Of a stretch of DNA of 64,000 bases, positions 7,439 through 15,991 are shown in pieces. The notes under the pieces are model-generated. The model saw only the letters and a list, made by a program, of their open reading frames with translations, did no database searches and had not been told where the DNA came from. The stretch lies in contig JAFOTD010000073.1 in the NCBI GenBank assembly GCA_017388175.1, positions 206-64,205 on the forward strand. The letters run 5' to 3'. Both the position numbers and the translations under genes were made by a program. Positions within the stretch are counted from its first letter, which is position 1, and every line of letters begins with the position of its first letter. Origin of the DNA: Clostridia bacterium. Its GTDB lineage: Bacteria > Bacillota > Clostridia > Christensenellales > CAG-138.

Positions 7439-9712
7439 ATGTTCTTGTACAATGCCGATATGCGGAAGAATGAAGACTACATACCGGATAAGAAGCAGGG
7501 TACACCGGTCGGTACTGCGGTACAGATCGGAGGATTCCTGTGCGCGCTGATCCTTTCGGGCGTTCGCATCCATGATTTGCATACGCCGCTTTCGCTCGCA
7601 CTTCTTTTGGGAAGTCAATTGGCCGGATTCGACCCTTCGGGAATTGTCGGGGGGATCATCATCGGCGCATTCGCAAAGGTTCAGCCGAACTGGCAGGGAA
7701 TGGGCACCGCCTTGCTCTATTGGGGATTGACCCGGATGGTATTGCTGTTCCGCAGCCGGTGCAGCCCGGCCAAGCGCTTTCTGATCTATCTTGTTTGCAG
7801 CATTGCAGCGCTGCCCGCATCGATTATCTATGGAACGAAGGAACTGCTTTACGGCGTGATTTCAATTGCCGTATCCGTGGTATGTGCTTCGGTCTTCCGG
7901 AGGATCTGCCTGACGATCAAGACAATGTCGCGTTCAAGAATCGTCACAGAAATCGAGCAGACAGCGATTGCGCTGGGGTTAGGAATGCTGCTGCTTGCTG
8001 TTTCCGGAATAACGTACCGACTTTGGTCTTTGGCTGTCTCGCTGACGCTGATCATTACAGCGGTATGCGCTTTTTCACGCGGCGTTTTCGGCGCTGCGAT
8101 CGGGATTATTCTCTCGATTATGCTGACGCTGTTTACCGACGCGAATCCTGCACTGATCGGAAGCGTTGCGCTCGGCGCTTTAGCGGCTGCCGCTGTGCGT
8201 GAGAGGGGGAAAGTGTTTGTCATCGGCGCGTTTTTCTTTTCCGGAATTCTTTTTCAAACATACCGCGCTGCCGACGCGAATGCCATGAGCGCGGCGAACC
8301 TTTTATGCGGCATGCTGATTTTTTCGGTCATCCCGAAACAATGGCTTATGACGCTGCAAAGATACACAGATCCTGCACCCAAAGACGCGCGCATGATTGC
8401 GAACGCGATTCGACGCACGGAACAAAGGGCGTCATTGGAGATCGAGCGAATGGGGAAGCTGCTCGGAAGTTTTTCCGGAATGTTTCACGCGCGTCAGGAA
8501 GAGGACGATGCGGTCGGAAGATGGACCGTACAGGGTGCGCTTGCAATCTGCCGCGGCTGTGAAATGCGGCGATTGTGCTGGAAGAACGCGGAAGCGATGC
8601 AGGAAGCGATCTATAAGATCGCGAGGGACGCTTCCGAAGGCAAGCGGGTTACGCCGATCAGTCCGATGGACGAAACGTGCAAGCATTTCAGCGACTTCTG
8701 TGCGTCTGTTCTGTTGTCATATCAGCAAGCCGGAAACCGAAATGCGATCAGCCTTCGCGCAAACGCGCAATCCGGTTTTGTGGAACGTCAGTTTTCCGGG
8801 GCAGGAACGGCGCTGTGTACGTACGCAAGACGAATGCGAACGCGATCCCATGCTGTGGATTTGAAGGAAAAAACGATCGTTCAAAGATTGACGAGCGCAG
8901 GATATGCGGTTGAATCCGCCGATCTGTTTGAATCAGACGGAGTGGATTCCGTCTCTGTTCGTCTGCGGCGTCCGCTCAAAACCGGTCATTCTGCGGTTCG
9001 CCGTGAGATTGAGCAGGCGTGCGGATACCGTCTTCGGTGTATTCGCGTGGCGCAAAGCCGGCAATATGTTTCATTCCGGTTCGAACAGGACGCTGAACTG
9101 CACGCCGCGGTAAGGATTTCCAGAACAGCGCACGGAGACAAGGTCAGCGGAGATGCGACCGGAGAATGCCGCATTCCCGGCGGACGCGTATGCTTTGCGC
9201 TTTCCGACGGCATGGGAAGCGGAAAGGAAGCGCGTCGCGAGAGTGAAGCAGCGATTCGCCTGCTGTTTCGACTGTATCATGCCGGCGTAGAGAAGGAACT
9301 GGTTTATGAGAACGTAAACAGAATGCTTCTGGCGCAGAGTGAAACGGAGATGTACGCAACTCTTGACGCAATTTCCATCGACCTGAATACGGGGGTCGCG
9401 GAAATTCTGAAATATGGTGCGCCGCCGAGCTATTTATTGCGAGACGGCGTTGTCAGTACGATTTCCGGTCATGCGCTTCCGTGCGGAATTCTGGCGGAAG
9501 CAAAACCGAGCGTCATCCGCTTACAGCTCAGAAAAAACGATCGGATCGTTCTCTGTTCGGACGGCGTGCAGGACGTGCTTCCCGAAGGCGTGGAACAGGC
9601 GATCCGAACGATGAATCCGCCCGCGCCGGAGACAGGAGACCGACTTCTGAAACTGGCGCAATCCCGTGGGGGCACGGACGATATGACCGTAATGGTTATT
9701 CGCGTCGCATGA
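7439..9712 (+). CDS. spoIIE: Stage II sporulation protein E (polytopic membrane PP2C phosphatase). Start is uncertain (ATG 7439 or 7460; the ORF opens at TTG 7325).
   Basis: About 10 N-terminal TM segments, a central regulatory region and a C-terminal PP2C domain (SGDATGE, FALSDGMGSGKEA, GGTDDMTVMVIRV), collinear with B. subtilis SpoIIE. Confidence 0.9.
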   Translation: MFLYNADMRKNEDYIPDKKQGTPVGTAVQIGGFLCALILSGVRIHDLHTPLSLALLLGSQLAGFDPSGIVGGIIIGAFAKVQPNWQGMGTALLYWGLTRMVLLFRSRCSPAKRFLIYLVCSIAALPASIIYGTKELLYGVISIAVSVVCASVFRRICLTIKTMSRSRIVTEIEQTAIALGLGMLLLAVSGITYRLWSLAVSLTLIITAVCAFSRGVFGAAIGIILSIMLTLFTDANPALIGSVALGALAAAAVRERGKVFVIGAFFFSGILFQTYRAADANAMSAANLLCGMLIFSVIPKQWLMTLQRYTDPAPKDARMIANAIRRTEQRASLEIERMGKLLGSFSGMFHARQEEDDAVGRWTVQGALAICRGCEMRRLCWKNAEAMQEAIYKIARDASEGKRVTPISPMDETCKHFSDFCASVLLSYQQAGNRNAISLRANAQSGFVERQFSGAGTALCTYARRMRTRSHAVDLKEKTIVQRLTSAGYAVESADLFESDGVDSVSVRLRRPLKTGHSAVRREIEQACGYRLRCIRVAQSRQYVSFRFEQDAELHAAVRISRTAHGDKVSGDATGECRIPGGRVCFALSDGMGSGKEARRESEAAIRLLFRLYHAGVEKELVYENVNRMLLAQSETEMYATLDAISIDLNTGVAEILKYGAPPSYLLRDGVVSTISGHALPCGILAEAKPSVIRLQLRKNDRIVLCSDGVQDVLPEGVEQAIRTMNPPAPETGDRLLKLAQSRGGTDDMTVMVIRVA

Positions 9713-10656
9713 AGATCGCGATCGAACCGTTCCTCGTCGACAATGCGCTGATGAACTACTGCGTCTATACGCTTGCGGCGGCATGGATGGGCGTACGCGT
9801 TCGTTTGCTTCCGACGATCGGCGCGTCGATGCTCGGCGCTGTGTACGCGCTGGTGTCGTTATTCTTTTTTCCGGTTCTGCAAGCGCCGTACTGGAAGCTT
9901 CCGTGCTTCATAGCTTTTTCGGCCCCCTTGTTTCGGCGCGCCTGTTCTGTCTGGAAAACACTTCCGTTTCTGCTGCTTTCCGCGGCGCTGATCGGCGGCA
10001 CGGCAATGCTGTTGACGCTGCAGCTCGGTGGAACCGTTTACGCGAACGGAACAATGGTCGGTACCGTACCGATGCGCGCTGCGCTTCTGTCGGCATTCGC
10101 TGCATCCTGTCTGCCGCGCGTTGTCCGCAGCATGCTGTCGATCCGGCGGAAGAGACCGCTGCACACCGAGCTGGTCGTCCGTCTTGAGACGAATACGTAT
10201 CGGCTTGACGCGTTGATCGACAGCGGGAATCTGCTCACGGAACCGGTTTCGGGGCTGCCTGTGATCCTGATCAACCGGAAAGTCGATGCGCCAATTCGAC
10301 CGGTTCCGTTTCAAAAGCTTTCGGGCAGCGGCGTGCTGTATGGCGAACGTCCTGAATCGGTTCGTCTCCCACAGTATGGAAACGTTGTCGTTGATTGTAT
10401 CTGCGTACAATCGCCTGAGCCTATCGGTGAGGCGGAGGCGATTTTGCCGGAGAGTCTTTTACCGTATGATTGGAGGACAAGGGATGATGAAATGGCTGTA
10501 TCGTTTCTGGGCGCGCCTGCTGGTGCGTCTGCGCGTTGGCAAACGCGGTATCTTATGGTACGTTCACACAAACGAAGGCCTCCCGCCGCCCCTGGATCCC
10601 GAAGAAGAGGCGCGCTGCATCGCGCTTGCACCGACCGACAAGGCAGCGAAGGATAA
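9709..10656 (+). CDS. spoIIGA: Sigma-E processing peptidase SpoIIGA. The 3' end of the ORF runs 173 nt into sigE.
   Basis: The ATG at 9709 overlaps the spoIIE stop (ATGA). It has an [18 protein letters not shown]-terminus, five TM segments, and the aspartic-protease motif [17 protein letters not shown]. Similarity to B. subtilis SpoIIGA ends near ILPESLL (about 10460). Confidence 0.85.
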   Translation: MKIAIEPFLVDNALMNYCVYTLAAAWMGVRVRLLPTIGASMLGAVYALVSLFFFPVLQAPYWKLPCFIAFSAPLFRRACSVWKTLPFLLLSAALIGGTAMLLTLQLGGTVYANGTMVGTVPMRAALLSAFAASCLPRVVRSMLSIRRKRPLHTELVVRLETNTYRLDALIDSGNLLTEPVSGLPVILINRKVDAPIRPVPFQKLSGSGVLYGERPESVRLPQYGNVVVDCICVQSPEPIGEAEAILPESLLPYDWRTRDDEMAVSFLGAPAGASARWQTRYLMVRSHKRRPPAAPGSRRRGALHRACTDRQGSEG

Positions 10657-11197
10657 ACTGATCGTGCATAATCTGCGCCTTGTCGTGTATCTCGCGAGAA
10701 AGTTTGAAAACACCGGCGTGCAGACCGAGGATCTGATCAGTATCGGAACAATCGGGCTGATCAAAGCTGTGGAAACGTTCAAGCCGGAAAAAAAGATCAA
10801 GCTTGCTACGTATGCATCGCGATGCATCGAGAATGAGATCCTGATGCATTTGCGCCGCACGACCAAGCTGAAGCTTGAGGTAAGCTTTGACGAGCCGCTG
10901 AATGTCGACTGGGACGGAAATGAGCTGCTGCTCTCGGACGTGCTCGGCACCGATCCGGATATCGTCAGTCGCGATATGGAAGATGAAGTGGAACGTGATC
11001 TTCTGAAGAAAGCGCTTGAGAAGCTTTCGGATCGCGAGCGGGACATTATTGACCTGCGGTTCGGACTCAAAAATGGCGAGGTGCAGACGCAAAAGCAGGT
11101 TGCAGACGCAATGGGAATTTCCCAAAGCTATATCAGCCGCCTCGAAAAGCGGATCATGAAGCGGCTGAAGCGCGAGATCGTGCGTATGCAATCATAA
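10484..11197 (+). CDS. sigE: RNA polymerase sporulation sigma factor E (pro-sigma-E)
   Basis: GGAGG lies 7 nt upstream of ATG 10484. The pro-sequence [16 protein letters not shown] is followed by [10 protein letters not shown] and [16 protein letters not shown]...[43 protein letters not shown], which is near-identical in pattern to B. subtilis SigE. Confidence 0.93.
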   Translation: MMKWLYRFWARLLVRLRVGKRGILWYVHTNEGLPPPLDPEEEARCIALAPTDKAAKDKLIVHNLRLVVYLARKFENTGVQTEDLISIGTIGLIKAVETFKPEKKIKLATYASRCIENEILMHLRRTTKLKLEVSFDEPLNVDWDGNELLLSDVLGTDPDIVSRDMEDEVERDLLKKALEKLSDRERDIIDLRFGLKNGEVQTQKQVADAMGISQSYISRLEKRIMKRLKREIVRMQS

Positions 11198-11965
11198 ACG
11201 GACGTACTTTTCGAGCTGCTTTAGCGCGCTTTTCTCAAGGCGGGAAACCTGTGCCTGTGAAATGCCGATTTCCTTTGAAACCTCGACTTGCGTTTTACAG
11301 GCAAAATAACGCAGATTCAGGATTTTCTGATCGCGTTCTCCCAGATGGGCGATGCCTTCGCGAAGCGCAATCGAGTCGACTCGTTTAGACTCGCTGTCCT
11401 TCGGATCACAGATCTGATCGAGCACGCAAAGCGTATCATCTTCCGTTTTGAATACAGGATCGTATAGCGAAACGGGGTCGGAGATCGCGTCAAGGGCAAA
11501 TACGACGTCCGTTTCCTTTAGCCCGAGTTCCTTTGCAATCTCGCCGACGGTCGGCTCGCGGGAAAGCGTTTCCTGTAGATGCAGCTTGGCCTGCATGGCG
11601 CGATAAGCGGTATCGCGCATGGAGCGCGGAACGCGAACTGCGCTGTAATCACGCAAATGTCTTCGTATTTCTCCGGCGATCATCGGAACGGCGTAGGTGG
11701 AGAATCGCACGTCCTGGTTCAGATCGAACCCGTCGACGGATTTGATCAGACCGATGCAGCCGACCTGAAACAGATCGTCCGCAAGCTCACCGCGCCCGGA
11801 AAAGCGTTGTACGACCGACAGAACGAGACGCAGATTTGAATAAATGAATCGCTCGCGAGCTTCGGCGTCTCCGGCTTTTGCTTTTTTCAGAAGCGACCGC
11901 ATTTCGTCGGGCTTCAGACGGGGAAGATGGGACGTGTCGATGCTTGTAATCTCGACCTTCTGCAA
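11192..11965 (-). CDS. sigG: RNA polymerase sporulation sigma factor G (forespore)
   Basis: TTG start with [82 protein letters not shown] and [16 protein letters not shown] match B. subtilis SigG better than SigF. No spoIIAA/AB genes lie upstream. Confidence 0.85.
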   Translation of the reverse strand: MQKVEITSIDTSHLPRLKPDEMRSLLKKAKAGDAEARERFIYSNLRLVLSVVQRFSGRGELADDLFQVGCIGLIKSVDGFDLNQDVRFSTYAVPMIAGEIRRHLRDYSAVRVPRSMRDTAYRAMQAKLHLQETLSREPTVGEIAKELGLKETDVVFALDAISDPVSLYDPVFKTEDDTLCVLDQICDPKDSESKRVDSIALREGIAHLGERDQKILNLRYFACKTQVEVSKEIGISQAQVSRLEKSALKQLEKYVRL

Positions 11966-12087
11966 GGAAAATCACCTCCGAGCCATAGTTTGCCCGCCTG
12001 ATGCGGCGTTCAAACACAGTGCACGGATTTGACAGACTTTTCCAATCGTGATACCATACAGCAAAAGAACGGTACGGAGGAGATAGT

Positions 12088-13236
12088 GTGAAACGTTTTT
12101 ACATTGTGCTTGCGGTTTTGCTCAGCTTTCTGACGGTTTGCGGATGCGGCGTCCAAGCGGCGCAGCCGTCTTCGGCAAGCACTCCGGAACCGGAAACGGA
12201 TGAGATTACAATTGCGGTGACGGAAAAAACGGAAGAGGCAATGGCGGTGCAAACGCTTCCTCCGACGCCTGCTGTTTCTCCCGATCCAACGGATGAACCG
12301 ACCGCGCTGCCTTCGACCGCGCCGGCCAAAGCTTCTGAAACGTATGCTGCAGGGGACGGAATATATACGATCGCCTGGATGAGCGATCCGCAGCATTATT
12401 CCAAGAAGTTCCCGGAAACGTATTACGCGATGACGTCTTTTTTGCATGACCATCGGGAAGAGATGCATCTCGAATATGTGATCAACACGGGCGATCTTGT
12501 GCATAACCCGGACGAGCAGGCGCAATGGGATGTTGCGGATCGCGCGCAGGCGATGATCGACGAGATCCCGAACGGCGTGCTTGCAGGCAATCATGATGTG
12601 CTCGATCCGGTTGGGTATACGACTTTTTCAAAGCTGTTTGGAGAAAAACGGTATCAGGGCAAGCCGTGGTACGGCGAAAGCTATGAAAACAATCGCGGAC
12701 ATTATGACTTGCTGACGCTCGGCGAGACGGATTACCTGTTTGTGTATATGGGATTCGGCCCGGATCATAAGGCGATTCAATGGGTAAAGGATGCATTTGC
12801 AAAGTATCCGGACCGTGTCGGCATTCTTTGCTTGCACGATTACTATACCAAGACGCAAACGCTTTCCGACGACGGAAAAAGATGGCATGATGAGGTCGTA
12901 GTGAAATCCCCGAACCTGTATATGGTCCTATGCGGACACAAATACGGCGCTTACTGTTTCCCGGAATCGTTCGACGACGACGGAGACGGCAGGGACGAGC
13001 GGACGGTTTACCAGATGCTGTTCAATTATCAAGCGACGGCGCACGACGGAGGCGGGGGATATCTTCGCCTGATGCAGATCAACGAAGCGGACGGAACCAT
13101 GCACAATCTGACGTACTCACCCCTGTTGGATGATTTCAACCGGTTTGACGATCCGGCGAATCGGGAAAAGAACTACGACTTTGACGAGCGGAACGAGGAG
13201 TTCAATCTGCCGTTGCCGTGGCGCATCGAACATTAA
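12088..13236 (+). CDS. Lipoprotein with a calcineurin-like metallophosphoesterase domain
   Basis: GTG start after GGAGGAG. It has a lipobox (LSFLTVCGCG), a Pro/Thr-rich linker, and the metallophosphoesterase motifs GDLVHN and GNHD. Confidence 0.7.
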   Translation: MKRFYIVLAVLLSFLTVCGCGVQAAQPSSASTPEPETDEITIAVTEKTEEAMAVQTLPPTPAVSPDPTDEPTALPSTAPAKASETYAAGDGIYTIAWMSDPQHYSKKFPETYYAMTSFLHDHREEMHLEYVINTGDLVHNPDEQAQWDVADRAQAMIDEIPNGVLAGNHDVLDPVGYTTFSKLFGEKRYQGKPWYGESYENNRGHYDLLTLGETDYLFVYMGFGPDHKAIQWVKDAFAKYPDRVGILCLHDYYTKTQTLSDDGKRWHDEVVVKSPNLYMVLCGHKYGAYCFPESFDDDGDGRDERTVYQMLFNYQATAHDGGGGYLRLMQINEADGTMHNLTYSPLLDDFNRFDDPANREKNYDFDERNEEFNLPLPWRIEH

Positions 13237-13245
13237 GGAGAATAC

Positions 13246-13274
13246 AAAAAAAGCGGAGCGATCCGCTTCTTTTT
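13246..13274. terminator. Bidirectional rho-independent terminator
   Basis: AAAAAAAGCGGA-GCGA-UCCGCUUCUUUUU: the stem is flanked by an A-run and a U-run. Confidence 0.7.
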
Positions 13275-13358
13275 ATGTGCCTGGATTCATGGGTAACAGA
13301 ATCATCAAGCAACTTGCTGATAAAAACGCAGAAGATTGTTTATGACCGCAACAGCCGA

Positions 13359-13469
13359 TCAAAATAAACTGCAGAGCAGGGAAGTCAATTTCCGGTAAAA
13401 GACATGTGTACGAAGACGGGAAGCCCGCTCGATCCGGCGATACAATTTCTTCATTTCAATGCTATTCAT
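13359..13469 (-). CDS. Candidate 36-aa small ORF (MNSIEMKKLYRRIERASRLRTHVFYRKLTSLLCSLF), function unknown
   Basis: It is not in the ORF track (<60 aa). ATG 13469 lies 8 nt downstream of AGGAG (13482-13478). That SD forms one arm of an 11-bp inverted repeat. No homology was recognised. Confidence 0.25.
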   Translation of the reverse strand: MNSIEMKKLYRRIERASRLRTHVFYRKLTSLLCSLF

Positions 13470-13473
13470 CACA

Positions 13474-13516
13474 AAATCTCCTTTCTTGTATCTGATTAAG
13501 AGTATAAAGGAGATTT
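13474..13516. repeat. Perfect 11-bp inverted repeat AAATCTCCTTT / AAAGGAGATTT with a 21-nt loop
   Basis: Read directly: 13474-13484 is the reverse complement of 13506-13516. Each arm carries an SD (or anti-SD) sequence. Confidence 0.8.
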
Positions 13517-13744
13517 ATGTCGAAATTGTCTGGAATTTATGAAGGAACCGCCAAAAAACAACGATAAAAATATGAATAAGACTTGAACAAAATATGAACA
13601 AGGTGTAAAGTATAATGGGATATTTTATGAAAAACTGTAATAACTTACAATATACCGTAAATAGATCGTATGTTGTTTTATATTTCGAACTGACAGCACA
13701 AATGAATTTTTCGGTTACAAGGCAATCATGTAATGTGCAGGCAA

Positions 13745-13771
13745 CAAAAAAAACGGGAGGATTGCCTCCCG
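13745..13771 (-). terminator. Rho-independent terminator after the PAP2 gene
   Basis: The minus strand reads CGGGAGGCAAUCCUCCCG followed by UUUUUUUU. Confidence 0.75.
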
Positions 13772-13794
13772 TATAAAAGAGTTTCGATTGGATC

Positions 13795-14772
13795 TTAATT
13801 TCTGACTGGCTTAATGAGCTTTTTGAAGAGCATCGGATAGATTCCAACACCGACGATCGCCATCGCGAAGTAACGAACACCGTCCAGAATCGGCTGATTT
13901 TCCGGGAAAACCTTCTTAAGTCCGTACCAGATCGCAACAATGATCACCAGACCGAGCAAAACCTTAAGGACTTGCTTCCACCAGACCGCTTCGGTTTTAA
14001 ACTGCACGAAACGATCGTCGAGCAGCTTTCCGGCCAGCATGCCGATAGCGGCGCCGAGAAGCTTGCTTGCGTCCTTCAAACTGTCTGCGTACGTATTGCG
14101 CGCGCTTTCGACTGCGTCCTGCGGTACAGGGTTTAACACGAGGTAGACGACCAGAACAGCGCTCAGGAGCAAGCCGATGCACATGAAGACGTTGACGAAA
14201 ACCGTTTTATCCTCGTTTTTCCGGAATAAAGCCGTAAATACGGCAAGCATAATTACACCGATCAAAAGGCCGACACCGACGTCCAGCAGCGTGTGTACGC
14301 CGAGGTACATTCTGGAAAACGCGACGAGCAGCGTCACGATTGCGGCGACGATATAGGCCCATTTCTTTTTCATGTAGATTGCGATCGCGCCGAGTGCGAG
14401 GCAGGCAGTCGTGGTATGCCCGCTGGGGAATGAGAATCCGGTTGCAGCCGCAATTGCGCTTTCAACCGGTTGGAAGTTCGGATCCAGCACCCACGGCCGC
14501 GGGATCATAAAAATCGCCTTCAGAATCTGCTGCAGGAACGTTCCGACGAGGAAGATGATGAGCAGTCGGTAGCCGTACTTTTTATTGACGCACCACAGAA
14601 GGATCATCGCAATAAACAGGAACCCCATCTCGTGGCCGAGATAGGTCAGGACCGAGAATACCTTGTCGAGCAACGGCGTTCGAATTGCTGCGAGCGCATG
14701 GAGCTGAGACATCAACCACGCAAAGAACGGGCTGATTGCGGCTCCGTCCGCGACACTTTCCAACATAATCAT
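13795..14772 (-). CDS. PAP2-family (type 2 phosphatidic acid / undecaprenyl-PP) phosphatase with an extra C-terminal membrane domain
   Basis: It carries the three PAP2 signature motifs KAIFMIPRPW, PSGHT and SRMYLGVHTLLDV, and is polytopic. Confidence 0.8.
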   Translation of the reverse strand: MIMLESVADGAAISPFFAWLMSQLHALAAIRTPLLDKVFSVLTYLGHEMGFLFIAMILLWCVNKKYGYRLLIIFLVGTFLQQILKAIFMIPRPWVLDPNFQPVESAIAAATGFSFPSGHTTTACLALGAIAIYMKKKWAYIVAAIVTLLVAFSRMYLGVHTLLDVGVGLLIGVIMLAVFTALFRKNEDKTVFVNVFMCIGLLLSAVLVVYLVLNPVPQDAVESARNTYADSLKDASKLLGAAIGMLAGKLLDDRFVQFKTEAVWWKQVLKVLLGLVIIVAIWYGLKKVFPENQPILDGVRYFAMAIVGVGIYPMLFKKLIKPVRN

Positions 14773-14785
14773 GCTTTATGCCCCC

Positions 14786-15588
14786 TTATTTTGATCCGAG
14801 CAGGGCAAGGATCGCCTTGCACTCGGATAATGTATGGTAGTCCGTATGTTCCGCACCGACACGATCAGTCTGTCGGATACGGATGGAATCAACGCCGTTC
14901 GTGTAAGCGACGTCGTCGTTGCTTGCGTTGACGTAAATCGTTTCGCCGTTCTGCTCTTTCGCTTGATGCGATTCGGAGAGAGTGTTTATCAGTGCGCCGC
15001 CGTCATTCGGACGGATCACAATCTCCAGATAACATGTGTCCATGCGAAGATGAGCGTTCCATTCCGTTTCCGTCAGATGCACGTTTTTCCCGGGAGACGT
15101 TGGAGCGGCTATGAGAGCGATTGCATCTTCCATGGAAAGATAATTCTCGATGTAAAAACCTTTGCTTTCGCGACCGATGAAAAAGCGATGCCGCCCGGTC
15201 AGACATTCATAATACGTATAAGAAGCATCGCCGTTTTCCGTTCGTTCCTTGCTTTCGCAGAGCGCGTAAACGATCCCGTCGATTTCTTTCGATTCGCGAA
15301 TGCGTTTTGAGGAGCCGGTCTGTGCCTTGCTGCGTGTTGTTGTCAGACAAAACGGTTCTTCGCCGATGTCATACGTTACAATATATGTCAGAGTGGTAAA
15401 GTCGGATGGGTAGCGATCGGCAAGCGTCCATACGGCGGAATCTTCAATGGATTCCGTTGCGGATTGCCCGGACGGATTGCTCCCAGATTGATCCGCAGCA
15501 GGGGATTCAGCCTGTTTTTCGCCGGTGCATGCGGTTATCGAAAGGATAAAAAGCAATAGAACTGTCAACGTACTTAGAATGCGTTTCA
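14786..15588 (-). CDS. Hypothetical lipoprotein
   Basis: The likely start is GTG 15588, preceded by GAGGA (the ORF opens at 15685). The signal peptide plus lipobox is LLFILSITACTG. It lies 13 nt upstream of the PAP2 gene, so co-transcription is likely. Confidence 0.55.
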
Positions 15589-15710
15589 CGCTGATTCCTC
15601 GTTTCGATTTATGATTTCTTATCATATCACAAGGGAAGGAAAATGTCACGAAAAAAGTCAAAGACAGTATCTTCGGAAAAATCATATATGGAAAAAGTTA
15701 AAAGAAATGC

Positions 15711-15739
15711 TTGACAGAACACGATCCTTATCCTATAAT
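15711..15739 (+). promoter_or_regulatory. Consensus sigma-A promoter TTGACA-17-TATAAT for the tRNA pair
   Basis: TTGACA at 15711-15716 and TATAAT at 15734-15739. Confidence 0.75.
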
Positions 15740-15751
15740 AGACAAGGTTCC

Positions 15752-15827
15752 GCCAAAGTAGCTCAGTCGGTAGAGCGACGCACTCGTAATGCGTAGGTCA
15801 GGGGTCCGAGTCCCCTCTTTGGCTCCA
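15752..15827 (+). tRNA. tRNA-Thr (anticodon CGU), CCA encoded
   Basis: Acceptor stem GCCAAAG/CTTTGGC, D-arm AGCTCAGTCGGTAGAGC, anticodon loop CTCGTAA, T-arm GGGGTCCGAGTCCCC. Confidence 0.93.
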
Positions 15828-15831
15828 GTGT

Positions 15832-15908
15832 CGAGGCGTAGCGCAGTTTGGTAGCGCGTTTGGTTCGGGACCAAAAGGCCGCTGGTTCAAATCCAGTCGC
15901 CTCGACCA
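15832..15908 (+). tRNA. tRNA-Pro (anticodon CGG), CCA encoded
   Basis: Acceptor stem CGAGGCG/CGCCTCG, D-arm GCGCAGTTTGGTAGCGC, anticodon stem-loop TTTGG-TTCGGGA-CCAAA, T-loop GGTTCAAATCC, discriminator A. Confidence 0.92.
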
Positions 15909-15911
15909 TCA

Positions 15912-15946
15912 AAAGCAGTGATTTGTTCATCAAGTCACTGCTTTTT
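15912..15946 (+). terminator. Rho-independent terminator after the tRNA pair
   Basis: GCAGUGA-loop-UCACUGC followed by UUUUU. Confidence 0.65.
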
Positions 15947-15960
15947 ACATAGAAAAAACA

Positions 15961-15990
15961 TAAAACCGGCATTTCTGCCGGTTATTTTAT
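15961..15990. terminator. Hairpin AACCGGC-loop-GCCGGUU; likely terminator for the minus-strand mntP operon
   Basis: The stem spans 15963-15983 and is flanked by A/T runs on both sides. Confidence 0.5.
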
Positions 15991-15991
15991 G

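Noticed and set aside
9481..9708. An upstream extension of the spoIIGA ORF (391-aa version).
   Set aside because: It overlaps the conserved PP2C end of spoIIE in another frame and gives a non-homologous Arg-rich sequence. The SpoIIGA-like sequence starts exactly at ATG 9709, coupled to the spoIIE stop.
13518..13524. A perfect TGTCGAA Spo0A box in the AT-rich island, and near-matches upstream of spoIIE (for example TCGACA at 7303-7308) and of the Spo0A-like gene.
   Set aside because: A single 7-mer is expected by chance several times in 64 kb on two strands. Without clustering or experimental support it is not called as a regulatory site, and it is mentioned only as context.
13515..13940. A 141-aa minus-strand ORF in the AT-rich island.
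   Set aside because: It begins inside the 3' end of the PAP2 gene, reads through that gene's terminator hairpin, has no SD, and gives a low-complexity Phe/Ile/Lys-rich product expected from AT-rich DNA.
15752..15990. The tRNA-Thr/tRNA-Pro locus as an integration site of a genomic island.
   Set aside because: I found no integrase, no direct repeat of the tRNA 3' end by eye, and the flanking genes look like ordinary chromosomal genes with host-like composition.
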